Positions 28,456-38,228 are shown, numbered from the whole stretch's first letter. The stretch is 63,847 nucleotides of DNA, filler included, from Vermamoeba vermiformis (GCA_045837725.1; 4 parts of 4 records of this genome joined end to end with filler, not necessarily neighbours in it); one strand, 5' to 3'. A program made the numbers and translations. Notes: generated by a model not told the origin, from the sequence alone.

Positions 28456-30490
28456 AGCTTCACCTCTTGTTTTTTCCGTAGTATATATAGCTTAGTCCTA
28501 TAGTCAAAACCTTGTAGCTGAAGCTTTCAGACTCATGACTGCGCGTTGACCAGTACACAACAAAAGGGCACAAAAATATTGAATTATCAATACAATAGTA
28601 CCACTAATATTATAAGTAAGGTATCTAAAGCTTCAAGGGATTGATAGAGAAGAACGCGATACCACTAGTAAAAATAAATGTGCGTTGGAACTGTGTTGGC
28701 CACCCCAACGTTGCGGTAAAAAGTTTTTAACGCGATCCAACACGAAAACGTTGGCAACGCGGATTCAACACAAAATGTTGACGACGGTTCTACTACTTGT
28801 CATTAAAAAACATTTTACAAAAACAATATAAATGGTAAGTGCAATTTTATTTCTTACTGTTGCGATGGAGTTGGTGTGCACTTTAGCTACGAGATGGGCT
28901 TGCTTTGAACCATTCAATGGTTCGTGAACTTGGCTTGTTGCTGGTGCCCTCTTGTCCGTTCGCCGCAACCACGTCACTTATGCTGGGTGAGTTAGTTGCC
29001 TTTTTCTCTCTCTTCGTCACGACACAGGTGCAGATGGCGTAAGTCCGGACGTCAGATGACGAAGTCACTATTCCGCAATCAGCGATCTTTTGCTATGCAC
29101 ATAAATTTAAATTATTAGTAATTACATTCTAATACATTATGCGTGATCTGCTATGCTTACCTGATTCTTGTCAATTCATCCAGATTTAGTTATTTCTTCA
29201 AAATTAATTATTGAATCAAATATTGCTCTGGCGATTTTCTTTGAATCTGCGAGCCACGTAAAAATTACTTAAATGGTTTTTAAATCAATATCAAATACCT
29301 CTTCCTTAAATCTCAGGTGCTGCGGACTAATCATTCTTGCGGCCCGTGTATATTGCTCTATAACAATATGTTACGTGCACGAGCATTTAAATTAATAGTG
29401 CACTTGGTGTTGAGGAGAATGGAAGAATGAGTAAAATAAAATCTAGATTTAAATTATTTTGCGCGGGCGATCGGAAAATCTACAGAGCAGCACTTGCTTC
29501 GTTTTTTAAGCTTTTTAATTAGTTATTTCGCGTTGTAACAAGACTATAGCATCTCATTGCCCTAAGATTGCAAGGATCCAGCTGGACTTTTCGAAAATCT
29601 GTCTTCCACGAGCGCTTGACTTGACACAAGTAGACTGGCGTATTGGGTTAAATGATAGTAAAATCCCCTTGCTGCAGTATCTGTACCTCCAATCAATGAG
29701 CTTGAAATTTCGAACTGGTCGTTGATCGCAACATCTATTGCCGAGCGCTGGTAAATGACGTTTGAAGCCTCGATGACCAGTGCATATGTGTTAAATTTAC
29801 TTAGAGTATGCTTACTATTTTCTTTTTTCTCTAAGCGAGCAAAAAAAATGCGCAACCATGACTTGATCAGCAAAAATAAATTACTCATTTAATTATAGCA
29901 TATTATCGCCGCTGATTCTGTTATATACGAATCTTGCAAGTAATTTATCGGCAATCGCTGAGCACATCGGAGTTTCTGTAATGGAGAATTAGGGTCAAAA
30001 TTTTGTTGATCGATTCATTCAGAAAAACGCTTTCTTTTAGCTGTTATTAACTATCCATAGGTTAGTACTTATTAAAAAGCGTCTAAGTTTGAAAGTAGCG
30101 AAGATTACGGGATCTACCTTTGGCGCTTGCACATCCCAAGATCCCCGACGGATCTGGATCGTGCCAACCAAGGAGAGCAACACTGCATTAATAAATTGAT
30201 GTGATTGTATTCGAAGGGCCAAAAAAAGGTCGTTCAACACAAAGCAACGCAAAAAAAGGTGGCCAACGCGGGTCCAACCTAGACTTTTTTTTACCTGTGA
30301 CCATAACCATGATCTTGAATTTAAATGACTGGATTCAATCCCTAATAATTTTTAAATAATTTTTAATGCGATAATCAGTAATAATAATACATTTTACGGA
30401 AGAATTGAGATACAGCCACGAGACTAATTGTTATTAATTTTTTTAATCAATTTTTACTATTTTACATTACACGAGCCTATCATAGTACTA

Positions 30491-30742
30491 TTAAGCCTTA
30501 TTATCATTCATATCATGTGCAGCTGTCTCTCTATCACATCGCTTCTCAAGTTGAATTGTAAACCAGTCAATTCCTTCTTGCAGACCCGTGCCGACTGTCG
30601 CACTACTCGCTTGAAGGTGCCACAGACGATTGGTCATAGAGCGAAGCTCTAATTTATCTATTATTTCATCTTCCGTCATTGCGTTGGGCAGATCCACTTT
30701 GTTCGCAAAGACCAAGAGCGGCACTGTCTCATCTGGCCCTGC
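30491..30742 (-). pseudogene. 3' part of an ARF/ARL-family small GTPase gene interrupted by the viral element (5' part at 55305-55348)
   Basis: [33 protein letters not shown]...[20 protein letters not shown] carries the ARF G4 NKxD and G5 motifs; the right flank reads TESAEELKKELSYAG in the same frame. Confidence 0.88.
30738..30742 (+). repeat. target-site duplication, left copy (CCTGC)
   Basis: CCTGC immediately precedes TGAAAA at 30743 and recurs at 55305-55309 right after TTTTCA. Confidence 0.93.
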
Positions 30743-30921
30743 TGAAAACGGCTTAGCCCTAGAACGATATCGGCCAGAATAACGAGGTATAATACTACTG
30801 AAATGCGGGTATCCGCACTGCTCGTATATACGAGCGATTTCATATAGGGAAAAACCGCCGCCATAACCTGCTAATTTTTCGTATGGATTGGTCATGGTAT
30901 TATTCGCCTCAGCCGTTTTCA
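30743..30921 (+). repeat. left terminal direct repeat (179 bp, TG...CA)
   Basis: TGAAAACGGCTTAG...CTCAGCCGTTTTCA; 11-bp perfect (13/14) terminal inverted repeat; identical to 55126-55304. Confidence 0.97.
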
Positions 30922-30964
30922 CTTACACACTTTCTTTAATACAGTTTTTCACTGCCATGTTATA

Positions 30965-32203
30965 ATGTCCACTAACCAACGAATATACAATAGGGCCCAG
31001 CTCGCACTGGCCAAGAACTTCATACAAGGCCACCGAGACCTGCGACTACTGGCGGCCCTCCCCGTGTCCTCTCGCTATGCATTCGCTCACAAGTATGCAA
31101 ATACAATAGTGAGACCCGATGGTAAATTGGCAGAGGTAATAGACGGTAAGGCCTACGAGATTGTACCACGAGAAGATGTTGACGATGTCATCAAGGAACT
31201 TTATGCCTCGACTCAGTTCGGCCGAGACAAGCTCTATGAGACTTACATCAAGCCAAGACTATTGGGAGTATCGCGACAAGATGTGGCCCGTGTCATTTCA
31301 GCCGAATACACACAGCAAGTTCATCGAGTTGTCCCAAAGAAGTACTCGCATGTGGCCAGCATAAGAGCGACACGACCACTGGAACGCTGGATGGAGGATG
31401 TGACGATGCTCCGAGAATCAGACAGGCAAAAGATCTTCATCATCAGTATGGTTGACTGCTTTTCGAAGTACGCGTGGGCCAAGCTAGTGACCAAAGCAAA
31501 GACAGCGAGACATGGTGCAGGCTTGCGAGGCGTGACATCCCAAGACATTGCCAATTTCCTTCGTGGTATCGTTCGTCAGGACTTTAAGCCCTCAGTCCTG
31601 CATACAGACAATGGTAACGAGAACACAGGCGCCCCAGTCAACGATGTCTGTCGTGAGTTTGGCATCAAGAGAGCGTATGGGTCGGTGTATCAAAGCAGGA
31701 GTCAAGGACAAGTTGAAAGATTTCAAAGAACGATCAAGTCAATGATCTTCAAGAAGTTCACATTCACCGACAATGAAACCTTCAACAATCAAGAACTCCA
31801 GCGTCTCGTGCGAAACTACAACGAGAGCTGGCATGCCACTACTGGACGCATCCCAATTGAAATTATGAAGTTCTCGAATGAAGACCGCAACCCTCGAGGA
31901 GTCACCAAGGCTGCTGACAAGATCATCGAACAAGCGGACAAATACAAACAAAAATTCGCCATGACAGCCAAGGCGATTCCAAGAGAAGCCAAGGTCAGAC
32001 TCGCGTTGAGTGTGCTTAACCCGAAGTTACTGAAGCAAGAGAGGAAGGGGTATCTTCAACAATGGTCCGATACAATCTACACCGTCAAGGTCAGGACGAA
32101 AGGAAAGAACTCATTGGTCTATTATCTAGTCGAAGACGAGAATGGTCGTCCATTGAATAAACGACTTTACCGCAACCAACTTCAACCAATCGTCACGAAC
32201 TAA
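30965..32203 (+). CDS. retroviral-like (rve/DDE) integrase, Polinton type
   Basis: WMEDVT...MVDCFSKYAWA...VLHTDNGNE...QGQVERFQRTIK (D-D-E); C-term KGYLQQWSDTIYTV...YLVEDENGRPLNKRLYRNQLQ resembles Polinton integrases; no intact HHCC. Confidence 0.92.
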   Translation: MSTNQRIYNRAQLALAKNFIQGHRDLRLLAALPVSSRYAFAHKYANTIVRPDGKLAEVIDGKAYEIVPREDVDDVIKELYASTQFGRDKLYETYIKPRLLGVSRQDVARVISAEYTQQVHRVVPKKYSHVASIRATRPLERWMEDVTMLRESDRQKIFIISMVDCFSKYAWAKLVTKAKTARHGAGLRGVTSQDIANFLRGIVRQDFKPSVLHTDNGNENTGAPVNDVCREFGIKRAYGSVYQSRSQGQVERFQRTIKSMIFKKFTFTDNETFNNQELQRLVRNYNESWHATTGRIPIEIMKFSNEDRNPRGVTKAADKIIEQADKYKQKFAMTAKAIPREAKVRLALSVLNPKLLKQERKGYLQQWSDTIYTVKVRTKGKNSLVYYLVEDENGRPLNKRLYRNQLQPIVTN

Positions 32204-32231
32204 ATTTGCAGGTGGTATAGTGTATCGCGAG

Positions 32232-32471
32232 ATGGACAAGAAACCGAGACGAGTTACGAAGAGAGTCCCTAAGCCGAAGAGCAAGGCAAAAAATAGTGCT
32301 CTCGTGCCCATCAACAAAAGGGCCAAAGAATTGATGCGCGCTGACCCATCTCTCCCAAGACTAACCGCTGTTAGTCGAGCCGCAGAAGAGATTCGCGAGG
32401 CCAGAGACAAGGGAAATCAACCTGTTGTTGTCTCTGTGGTCAAAAAAGAGAAAGCTTCGAAGAAGCGTTAA
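32232..32471 (+). CDS. small basic protein (possible DNA-binding/core protein)
   Basis: Lys/Arg-rich ORF of about 79 aa after the integrase, preceded by TATAG. Confidence 0.55.
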   Translation: MDKKPRRVTKRVPKPKSKAKNSALVPINKRAKELMRADPSLPRLTAVSRAAEEIREARDKGNQPVVVSVVKKEKASKKR

Positions 32472-32529
32472 CATAGTCCTGTGCGAATTTTTTTTTATAT
32501 TTATACAGATCATCACCAAAATCAACAAG

Positions 32530-32892
32530 ATGAGCAAGCCCCGACGACTCCCTTTGGGAACTAAAGCCGCCGCTGCGGACGTGAAAGCTTTCGCGCCTAC
32601 CTTTCTAGACAATGGTTTCCAAGCCTACGTTGAAGCTTTCCTTCAAGATGCCATCGAGGACCCCAAGAAAGCCCTGAAGACTAAAAACGAAAACATTGCA
32701 CTGGCCAAAGCAGCCGCCAAGAAGATTTATAATGATGTAGTCGATGCTCTCACTTGGACTGCCGACGCTGACAAGATGGCCGAAGTCGCAGCAGAGATTG
32801 CCAAGTGGGCCCAAGCTGAAATGTTGAAGGTTGTCTCACAAGGCCATCCCACATCTGTTCCGAACAAGATCGAATACAAAGCTCCATTGTAA
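32530..32892 (+). CDS. hypothetical viral protein
   Basis: ATG at 32530 preceded by T-run/TATA motif; 120 aa, Ala/Lys-rich helical. Confidence 0.65.
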   Translation: MSKPRRLPLGTKAAAADVKAFAPTFLDNGFQAYVEAFLQDAIEDPKKALKTKNENIALAKAAAKKIYNDVVDALTWTADADKMAEVAAEIAKWAQAEMLKVVSQGHPTSVPNKIEYKAPL

Positions 32893-32936
32893 GCCAAGAA
32901 CTCATTTCTATTTTTGATAAGAGATTTATAGGCACT

Positions 32937-33557
32937 ATGTCACGTAAGCACAAAAAATACGGTCAATTTGAGTTCTCCGCTTGGACTCCCCGAGACATAC
33001 CTTGGGTTCGACAAGTAATGATCGCTGGTGGTTTGAATCGGCATAGTGATGAAAAGAGTCCGTTAGATAGTCCCACAGTCGCTCGAGGTATTGCAAAGGA
33101 TGCACTGGCCAGTCCAGCGAAGTTCACTTCATCAGACGTGGGCAACTTTGTTACGGAGGCTTATCGTGAAGGAGCGACGAAGGCCTTGGTTGAGGGTGAA
33201 AAAGAGAAGGAGCAGCTGAAGAAAGTTCACGAAGAAGAGAAGAAGGAGGTCAAGGCGAAAACGGTCGAGTCCTCCAAAGGTGTGACACTAACAAATTTGC
33301 AGGTTACGGATGGTTCTTTCTCTGTTGACGAACCGCTCCGTGGTAATGAGGCCGTACTGAAGAATCTTGGCGTTCTTGATGCTTCGTACATCCTCAAGTT
33401 TCCTGCTCACAACAAGAAGAGCGAAAAGAAATTGACTGTAAAGGAGTTCAAAGAGTACGCCACCTCAACGCAAAATCAGTTCCTTGGCCGACTCGAATCA
33501 GGCGAGATTACAATCCTCAAGGGAGACAAGAAGGTAGGCAGTATCAAGCGCAAGTGA
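32937..33557 (+). CDS. hypothetical viral protein
   Basis: 206-aa ORF with element-type upstream motif. Confidence 0.7.
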   Translation: MSRKHKKYGQFEFSAWTPRDIPWVRQVMIAGGLNRHSDEKSPLDSPTVARGIAKDALASPAKFTSSDVGNFVTEAYREGATKALVEGEKEKEQLKKVHEEEKKEVKAKTVESSKGVTLTNLQVTDGSFSVDEPLRGNEAVLKNLGVLDASYILKFPAHNKKSEKKLTVKEFKEYATSTQNQFLGRLESGEITILKGDKKVGSIKRK

Positions 33558-33601
33558 GATTGGCACCTATTTTTTTCTCTAACTTATACCAGACATCAAA
33601 T

Positions 33602-34351
33602 ATGCAAGGTCTTGATCCTGCTGTGAAAAGCATCGTCTCACAAGTGACGTCCCAGAACACGTCCAACAACAATGATCTCCTCGAAGGTTTGGACATCGAA
33701 GGTGAAGGACAACCGAATGACGTTCCATCACTAGCCGATGGTAGCGATGATGGCTACGACTACCAAGAACCCCCAAGGGAGTACACAGCCAGCGAAAACA
33801 AAGAAAGGAAAAATCTAATCGCCATCCTTTCGGCCTATCAGACAACGAGATCACGATCAAATGGTGGTCTCCTTCGTCACCTTCGTGATTCGACTCGCTC
33901 TGTCTTGATGAACGCTGCCATCGAACAAATGAGCCTTGAGGAACTCCGTGCATTACGCCGACAAATCCGCACGGACTTGAAGAGTTCTGGAGGTTCCGCT
34001 GTGATGTACGAGCGTCTCTACAATGAAGGCATCGTGAAAGCAGAGGAGGTAGCGGTCATGAGAGGCCACAATGCGAAAGGCTTCGCTCAACGAGCCTCGA
34101 CACTGAATCCTGAGATTGCTGATTGCTTCGACGAGTTCATGGCGGAACATCCAGGCGGTCAGATCGATCTGCCAATATGGCTCAAATTCCCATTGGTTGT
34201 TGCTTCAGCTTATGCAACGACTGTCGCATTGAACAACATGGCTGCAACGAAGCAAGCCCAAACTCAACAACAATCTTCTGCGGATATTGTCGGCAATCCT
34301 TCTCAAAAAGTGCAAGACATCGCAAGAGATATTGCAGTATTGCCAAAGTAA
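33602..34351 (+). CDS. hypothetical viral protein
   Basis: 249 aa from MQGLDPAV; acidic N-terminus, helical core, hydrophobic segment near the C-terminus. Confidence 0.7.
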   Translation: MQGLDPAVKSIVSQVTSQNTSNNNDLLEGLDIEGEGQPNDVPSLADGSDDGYDYQEPPREYTASENKERKNLIAILSAYQTTRSRSNGGLLRHLRDSTRSVLMNAAIEQMSLEELRALRRQIRTDLKSSGGSAVMYERLYNEGIVKAEEVAVMRGHNAKGFAQRASTLNPEIADCFDEFMAEHPGGQIDLPIWLKFPLVVASAYATTVALNNMAATKQAQTQQQSSADIVGNPSQKVQDIARDIAVLPK

Positions 34352-34402
34352 GGAGTTGCAATCTTTTTTTCTTTATTATACTAGCAATTGCAACTCAACA
34401 AT

Positions 34403-34870
34403 ATGCAGCAAGAACCTATCACGACATATCCCGCTGAGAAACCCTCAGCAACCATGGGACAACGTCTCATGAAAGCCGCCGTAACCGCGGGCGTGACCTA
34501 CGTTGGATTGAGCCTTCTCGGCATGGCCTCAAGTGACACCAACTCGATCTTGGGACTCAGTGCTCCCGACGCAGTGCTCGTTGCTGGCACCATGGGCGTC
34601 GGTCAATATTTCGCAGAACCTATCAAAGGCATGGTTCAGTCATACTTGCCTGAATCTGTCGTGACTTCACCTTGGTATGATACTTTGGCTCACCCTATCA
34701 GTGCTGTCGCAACTGGTTCGATTCTCTACAACATGCTCAACAGCGACGATCGTTCCATTGGCTTGAACGAAGGAGGTCTCGCTCTCATGGGCCTGGGTCT
34801 TGCCGCGAACTATGTTTCCACCCCTATCGACAACTATCTCGATCCCTCCACCAATGGTCTCTTGATCTAA
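34403..34870 (+). CDS. hypothetical Gly/Ala-rich membrane protein
   Basis: Several hydrophobic segments. Confidence 0.65.
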   Translation: MQQEPITTYPAEKPSATMGQRLMKAAVTAGVTYVGLSLLGMASSDTNSILGLSAPDAVLVAGTMGVGQYFAEPIKGMVQSYLPESVVTSPWYDTLAHPISAVATGSILYNMLNSDDRSIGLNEGGLALMGLGLAANYVSTPIDNYLDPSTNGLLI

Positions 34871-34895
34871 AAAATATGGTCCGTTTTCTAGCCAT

Positions 34896-35087
34896 TCATT
34901 TTTTTGTTCTCGCTTTCACTTCTGGGTATCCTGCTGGAGAATTTGCAGCGATGTAGTTGTCATGAAAGGTCAATGCTTCTTGGAGGTCTTTCGATCTTCC
35001 GACGATGTATGGCCTCTTTCTACGAAGAACGACTGCGTAATAATGGCCGTCGTACCAACTCACTCCTTTTGGCTGTGGACTTTCCAT
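34896..35087 (-). CDS. stand-alone AP2-like DNA-binding domain protein
   Basis: PKGVSWYDGHYYAVV...PYIVGRSKDLQEALTFHD resembles the AP2 consensus (KGVSW...W.A.I....YLG.F....EAA.AYD). Confidence 0.6.
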   Translation of the reverse strand: MESPQPKGVSWYDGHYYAVVLRRKRPYIVGRSKDLQEALTFHDNYIAANSPAGYPEVKARTKK

Positions 35088-35123
35088 CTTTGCCCTATAT
35101 CGTTGTCAAAAAAAATAACTCTC

Positions 35124-35573
35124 TTACTCTTGGCTTAATATTGCCTCAAACTCTCTCAAGAGAGCTTCTCGCACTTCTTTGGCTGGGTGACTGATATTGA
35201 TCAACGCTCGTAGATTCGTTGCCTCTTCTGGCGTGAGCTTGCGGACCTTCGGTGGCATCGGTTGGACCTCGACTCTTGTTCGTGGAGGGAGTTTGGCCTT
35301 TCTTTCGAACTGTGGTGGCTCCACTGGACTCGCTCGATATTGTGCCGCCAGCGCTTGCAGATTTGCCTCGTTCTCGTTCAAGAACCTTTTCACTACCATG
35401 TCACTGCACCCTAGCGTGGTACTTATCTTTTTGAGTGGGACGTTTTGGTACCACGAGAAAGCAGCATACCTCGCCTGTTCTTGCGTGAATTCATACTTAA
35501 CGCGGCCTTTGGAAAGATTAGCGATTCGCTGCGCAGCTGTTGCCTTCTTTCGTTGCTCAACTACTTCGTCCAT
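35124..35573 (-). CDS. helix-turn-helix protein (paralog of 37703-38107)
   Basis: WYQNVPLKKISTTLGCSDMVVKRFL is HTH-like; shared LAAxY...PPxF linker. Confidence 0.6.
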   Translation of the reverse strand: MDEVVEQRKKATAAQRIANLSKGRVKYEFTQEQARYAAFSWYQNVPLKKISTTLGCSDMVVKRFLNENEANLQALAAQYRASPVEPPQFERKAKLPPRTRVEVQPMPPKVRKLTPEEATNLRALINISHPAKEVREALLREFEAILSQE

Positions 35574-35631
35574 GTTCGTTTGTTTTGTTCTATACATTGT
35601 TTAATAAAAAAATAAAATACGACACTCTTTG

Positions 35632-36189
35632 TTACACTTTGTATCTGATTCTCACCTTCTCTGCCAATTCGGCTTTGCCTTTCCTGATGAGGCTGTATAT
35701 CGTGAACTGTGCCACATTCGCAGGCAAGGCCGGATGATGCAAGAAAGTATTGTAGTGCTCGCCTGGCACACTACGAAAGAACTCGTCGTACTTTGGATAC
35801 TTCATGACTATTTCCAACACGTCAAACTTTTCGCTAAATATCGAGAACAATATGAATTCTTCGTTATAGAACTCACCCAACGAGTGTTCGAGTATTTGAT
35901 CGTCGTCTGGCATTTGTGACACCGCCAAGCCGTTTAATTTTTCGTAGTATGGCTGGCCTCGGAATGCTTTCAGTGTTTCTACCACTCTTTCTCTTTTCGG
36001 TGCTTTCGCCAGAATTCTGAGAATGATATCGCATTGGTCGTATCCTTCTCGCAATTCATCTTGCAGGTTAAATCCGTCATCTAACATGGACTTTACTCTT
36101 TCAACATCTGTCAGTGACAGTGCCGTCATGAACGCCATCTTTTTGTTGTGCGTCAGGTACGGTGCTATGTACCGCGCTATTGACTCCAT
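35632..36189 (-). CDS. hypothetical viral protein
   Basis: 185-aa ORF with element-type upstream motif. Confidence 0.65.
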   Translation of the reverse strand: MESIARYIAPYLTHNKKMAFMTALSLTDVERVKSMLDDGFNLQDELREGYDQCDIILRILAKAPKRERVVETLKAFRGQPYYEKLNGLAVSQMPDDDQILEHSLGEFYNEEFILFSIFSEKFDVLEIVMKYPKYDEFFRSVPGEHYNTFLHHPALPANVAQFTIYSLIRKGKAELAEKVRIRYKV

Positions 36190-36227
36190 TGCTATATATT
36201 GTTACACAAAAAAATAAAATACGACGC

Positions 36228-36566
36228 TTACGTACTAAGATTCTTCACACCCCAACGCTTGGCGTAGTGCATTTGACACACCTTTTCCCCTGGCAGTATC
36301 AGTCTTCTACACTGGGTCTCACCATCCGCGACACATGGGAACTTGTCCGGAATGTGCGCTGGACAAAACTCGTAGCCTTTCGCTGCAGCTGCCATGCACG
36401 GCTTGCCCATCTGCGTTGAGCCTTTGCAGAATACTAGTCGCGTCCCTGTTCGCTCGCACTCAGTCTTATTCGGTATGTGCGCTGGACAATATTCATACCC
36501 TGTCGCTGCTGCTCCCATACACGGCTTATTTAGACGTGTTGTGCCCTTACATATCCTTCTCTCCAT
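36228..36566 (-). CDS. Cys/His repeat (C-x-C-x-CxxH) zinc-finger protein
   Basis: CKGTTRLNKPCMGAAATGYEYCPAH / CKGSTQMGKPCMAAAAKGYEFCPAH / CVADGETQCRRLILPGEKVCQMH. Confidence 0.7.
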   Translation of the reverse strand: MERRICKGTTRLNKPCMGAAATGYEYCPAHIPNKTECERTGTRLVFCKGSTQMGKPCMAAAAKGYEFCPAHIPDKFPCVADGETQCRRLILPGEKVCQMHYAKRWGVKNLST

Positions 36567-36626
36567 CTCTTTCTCTTTTCCTATACTTATCAAAAAATAA
36601 GCAGGTGATTGGTATTTTTTGTCGTG

Positions 36627-37370
36627 CTACATGCGTGTGAGAAAGCACTCCTTCTTCGTTACATGTACGTCGATGTCCGCTTTGTGCACGACCGCATGAC
36701 AGAAGTTACACACCACCTTGTTGCCCATTTGTAGCTTGATTGCATGTTCGGCAGGTATTGGTCTCTGGAGGCGTGGTCGCGTTGGCTTGTAGATGTTGGT
36801 GCAGAAATTAGGCATATTTGGGATGAATTTCATTCGCCAGGGACGCACCTCATAAAGTTTTTCAATTGCTTCGGGACTTTCAGGGACTTCATAGTAACTT
36901 TTGATTGGTAGTTTCTTCCCTGTTCTTTTTTGCATTGCGAGGTGATTCGCTCTGAACTCGGCTTGACGGGCACTGTACTTCTCCATGCAGTATTGTTGGT
37001 ATTTCTCGGCTTCTTCAACTAATTTAGGTTGGCGATATCGGGCTGTCTCAATTTCAATCGGATTGTATGGTTCCAACAATTCCAAATCATAATCCCTGAA
37101 CGCTGATATTCTCTCCCAGTCTCGCATCCTCGAGCGAGTGTCCCAATATCTGCGAAGGTTCTCGCAAAACTTTTCACTCGTGAACACTCGCAGTGTATCG
37201 ACGCTTGCTTCACGTGCGTATTGGTACAGCCACTCACAGATACAATCCGCTTCCTCTTCGACTATCAAATCCTTTGTGTCTTGGATTATCTTGCTCAGTC
37301 TTCCCATTTGAGCTAGGAATTCCTTGTCGAACCTGAAGTACGGTTCAATCCAAACTTTCGCTGCCGTCAT
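36627..37370 (-). CDS. hypothetical protein with C-terminal C2HC zinc finger
   Basis: 247 aa, ends CNFCHAVVHKADIDVHVTKKEC. Confidence 0.65.
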   Translation of the reverse strand: MTAAKVWIEPYFRFDKEFLAQMGRLSKIIQDTKDLIVEEEADCICEWLYQYAREASVDTLRVFTSEKFCENLRRYWDTRSRMRDWERISAFRDYDLELLEPYNPIEIETARYRQPKLVEEAEKYQQYCMEKYSARQAEFRANHLAMQKRTGKKLPIKSYYEVPESPEAIEKLYEVRPWRMKFIPNMPNFCTNIYKPTRPRLQRPIPAEHAIKLQMGNKVVCNFCHAVVHKADIDVHVTKKECFLTRM

Positions 37371-37447
37371 TTCTAATAATTCAATTCCGTTCCACTATAC
37401 TACTGTATATAAAATAATAAATATTACTCTTTAACGCATGTTTGAGC

Positions 37448-37627
37448 TTACTGTTGATTCCAGTGAGCCGTTGCCGTGCTTCTGAACATTTCTGTTCTGT
37501 CTGCGTGGGCTGCCATTGCTTTGTCCATTATCGGGTCTATGTATTGTTGCGGTATTACTCCCACGTATCCCATCGTAAATCTTACGGCCTCCTTCGTTAT
37601 TTCCATCATCATTCGCTCTTCTTCCAT
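37448..37627 (-). CDS. small hypothetical protein (59 aa, below the ORF-track cutoff)
   Basis: MEEERMMMEITKEAVRF...HWNQQ*, preceded by the T-run/TATAG motif. Confidence 0.45.
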   Translation of the reverse strand: MEEERMMMEITKEAVRFTMGYVGVIPQQYIDPIMDKAMAAHADRTEMFRSTATAHWNQQ

Positions 37628-37702
37628 TCTTGTTTCGTGTTCGTCTATATACTACGTATACAAAAAAATAATTATGACTTTTTAACGCACTACATTGCAC
37701 TT

Positions 37703-38107
37703 TCAATTACCTCCAGTGGAGATCAAGCCCATTTCTTCGATATGCCTCTTGAGGCGACCGACGCCTATATGAAGGGATCTCGCTATTTTTACCTGAGAAA
37801 CTCGTCCTTGCCACATCGAGACTATCTTGTCGCGCATTGCCGGTGTGAGTTCTGGTGTCGCAGTCATATCTTCTGGGAATGTTGGTGGTGGTTGTGTCGC
37901 ATCATAATTAGCAGCTAGTTGGTCTATTTGTCCTTCGATTCTCTTCAAGTGGTCTTGCACGAAGTTCCTGCTCTTTTTTATCATCTTTCCGATCGCGTAC
38001 GGGGTCTTGCCATTCTTCGATAGATACGCGATGTATCCCAGATGTTGGTCATTTAGCTGCTTGTAGGGACGGCCCCTTCTATTTATCGTCGCATCTGTTC
38101 GTTCCAT
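37703..38107 (-). CDS. double helix-turn-helix protein
   Basis: RRGRPYKQLND...KTPYAIGKMIKKSRNFV and LTPAMRDKIVSMWQGRVSQVKIARSLHIGVGRL. Confidence 0.7.
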   Translation of the reverse strand: MERTDATINRRGRPYKQLNDQHLGYIAYLSKNGKTPYAIGKMIKKSRNFVQDHLKRIEGQIDQLAANYDATQPPPTFPEDMTATPELTPAMRDKIVSMWQGRVSQVKIARSLHIGVGRLKRHIEEMGLISTGGN

Positions 38108-38228
38108 TTGGGTTTTGCAACTGCGTTAAAGGGTTATAAAAAATTTATTATATACTTGTATACACAAAAAGTTGAAATTGTTCTAACGCACTTACTATCA
38201 AAACGAACTTGTTTAACACGCTTTTATA

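Noticed and set aside
30491-30922. ORF-track proteins 30491-30922 and 55045-55305 sharing [16 protein letters not shown]...
   Set aside because: The shared N-terminus is just the terminal repeat read on the minus strand; the first is a chance in-frame fusion to the ARF 3' fragment, with no evidence of expression
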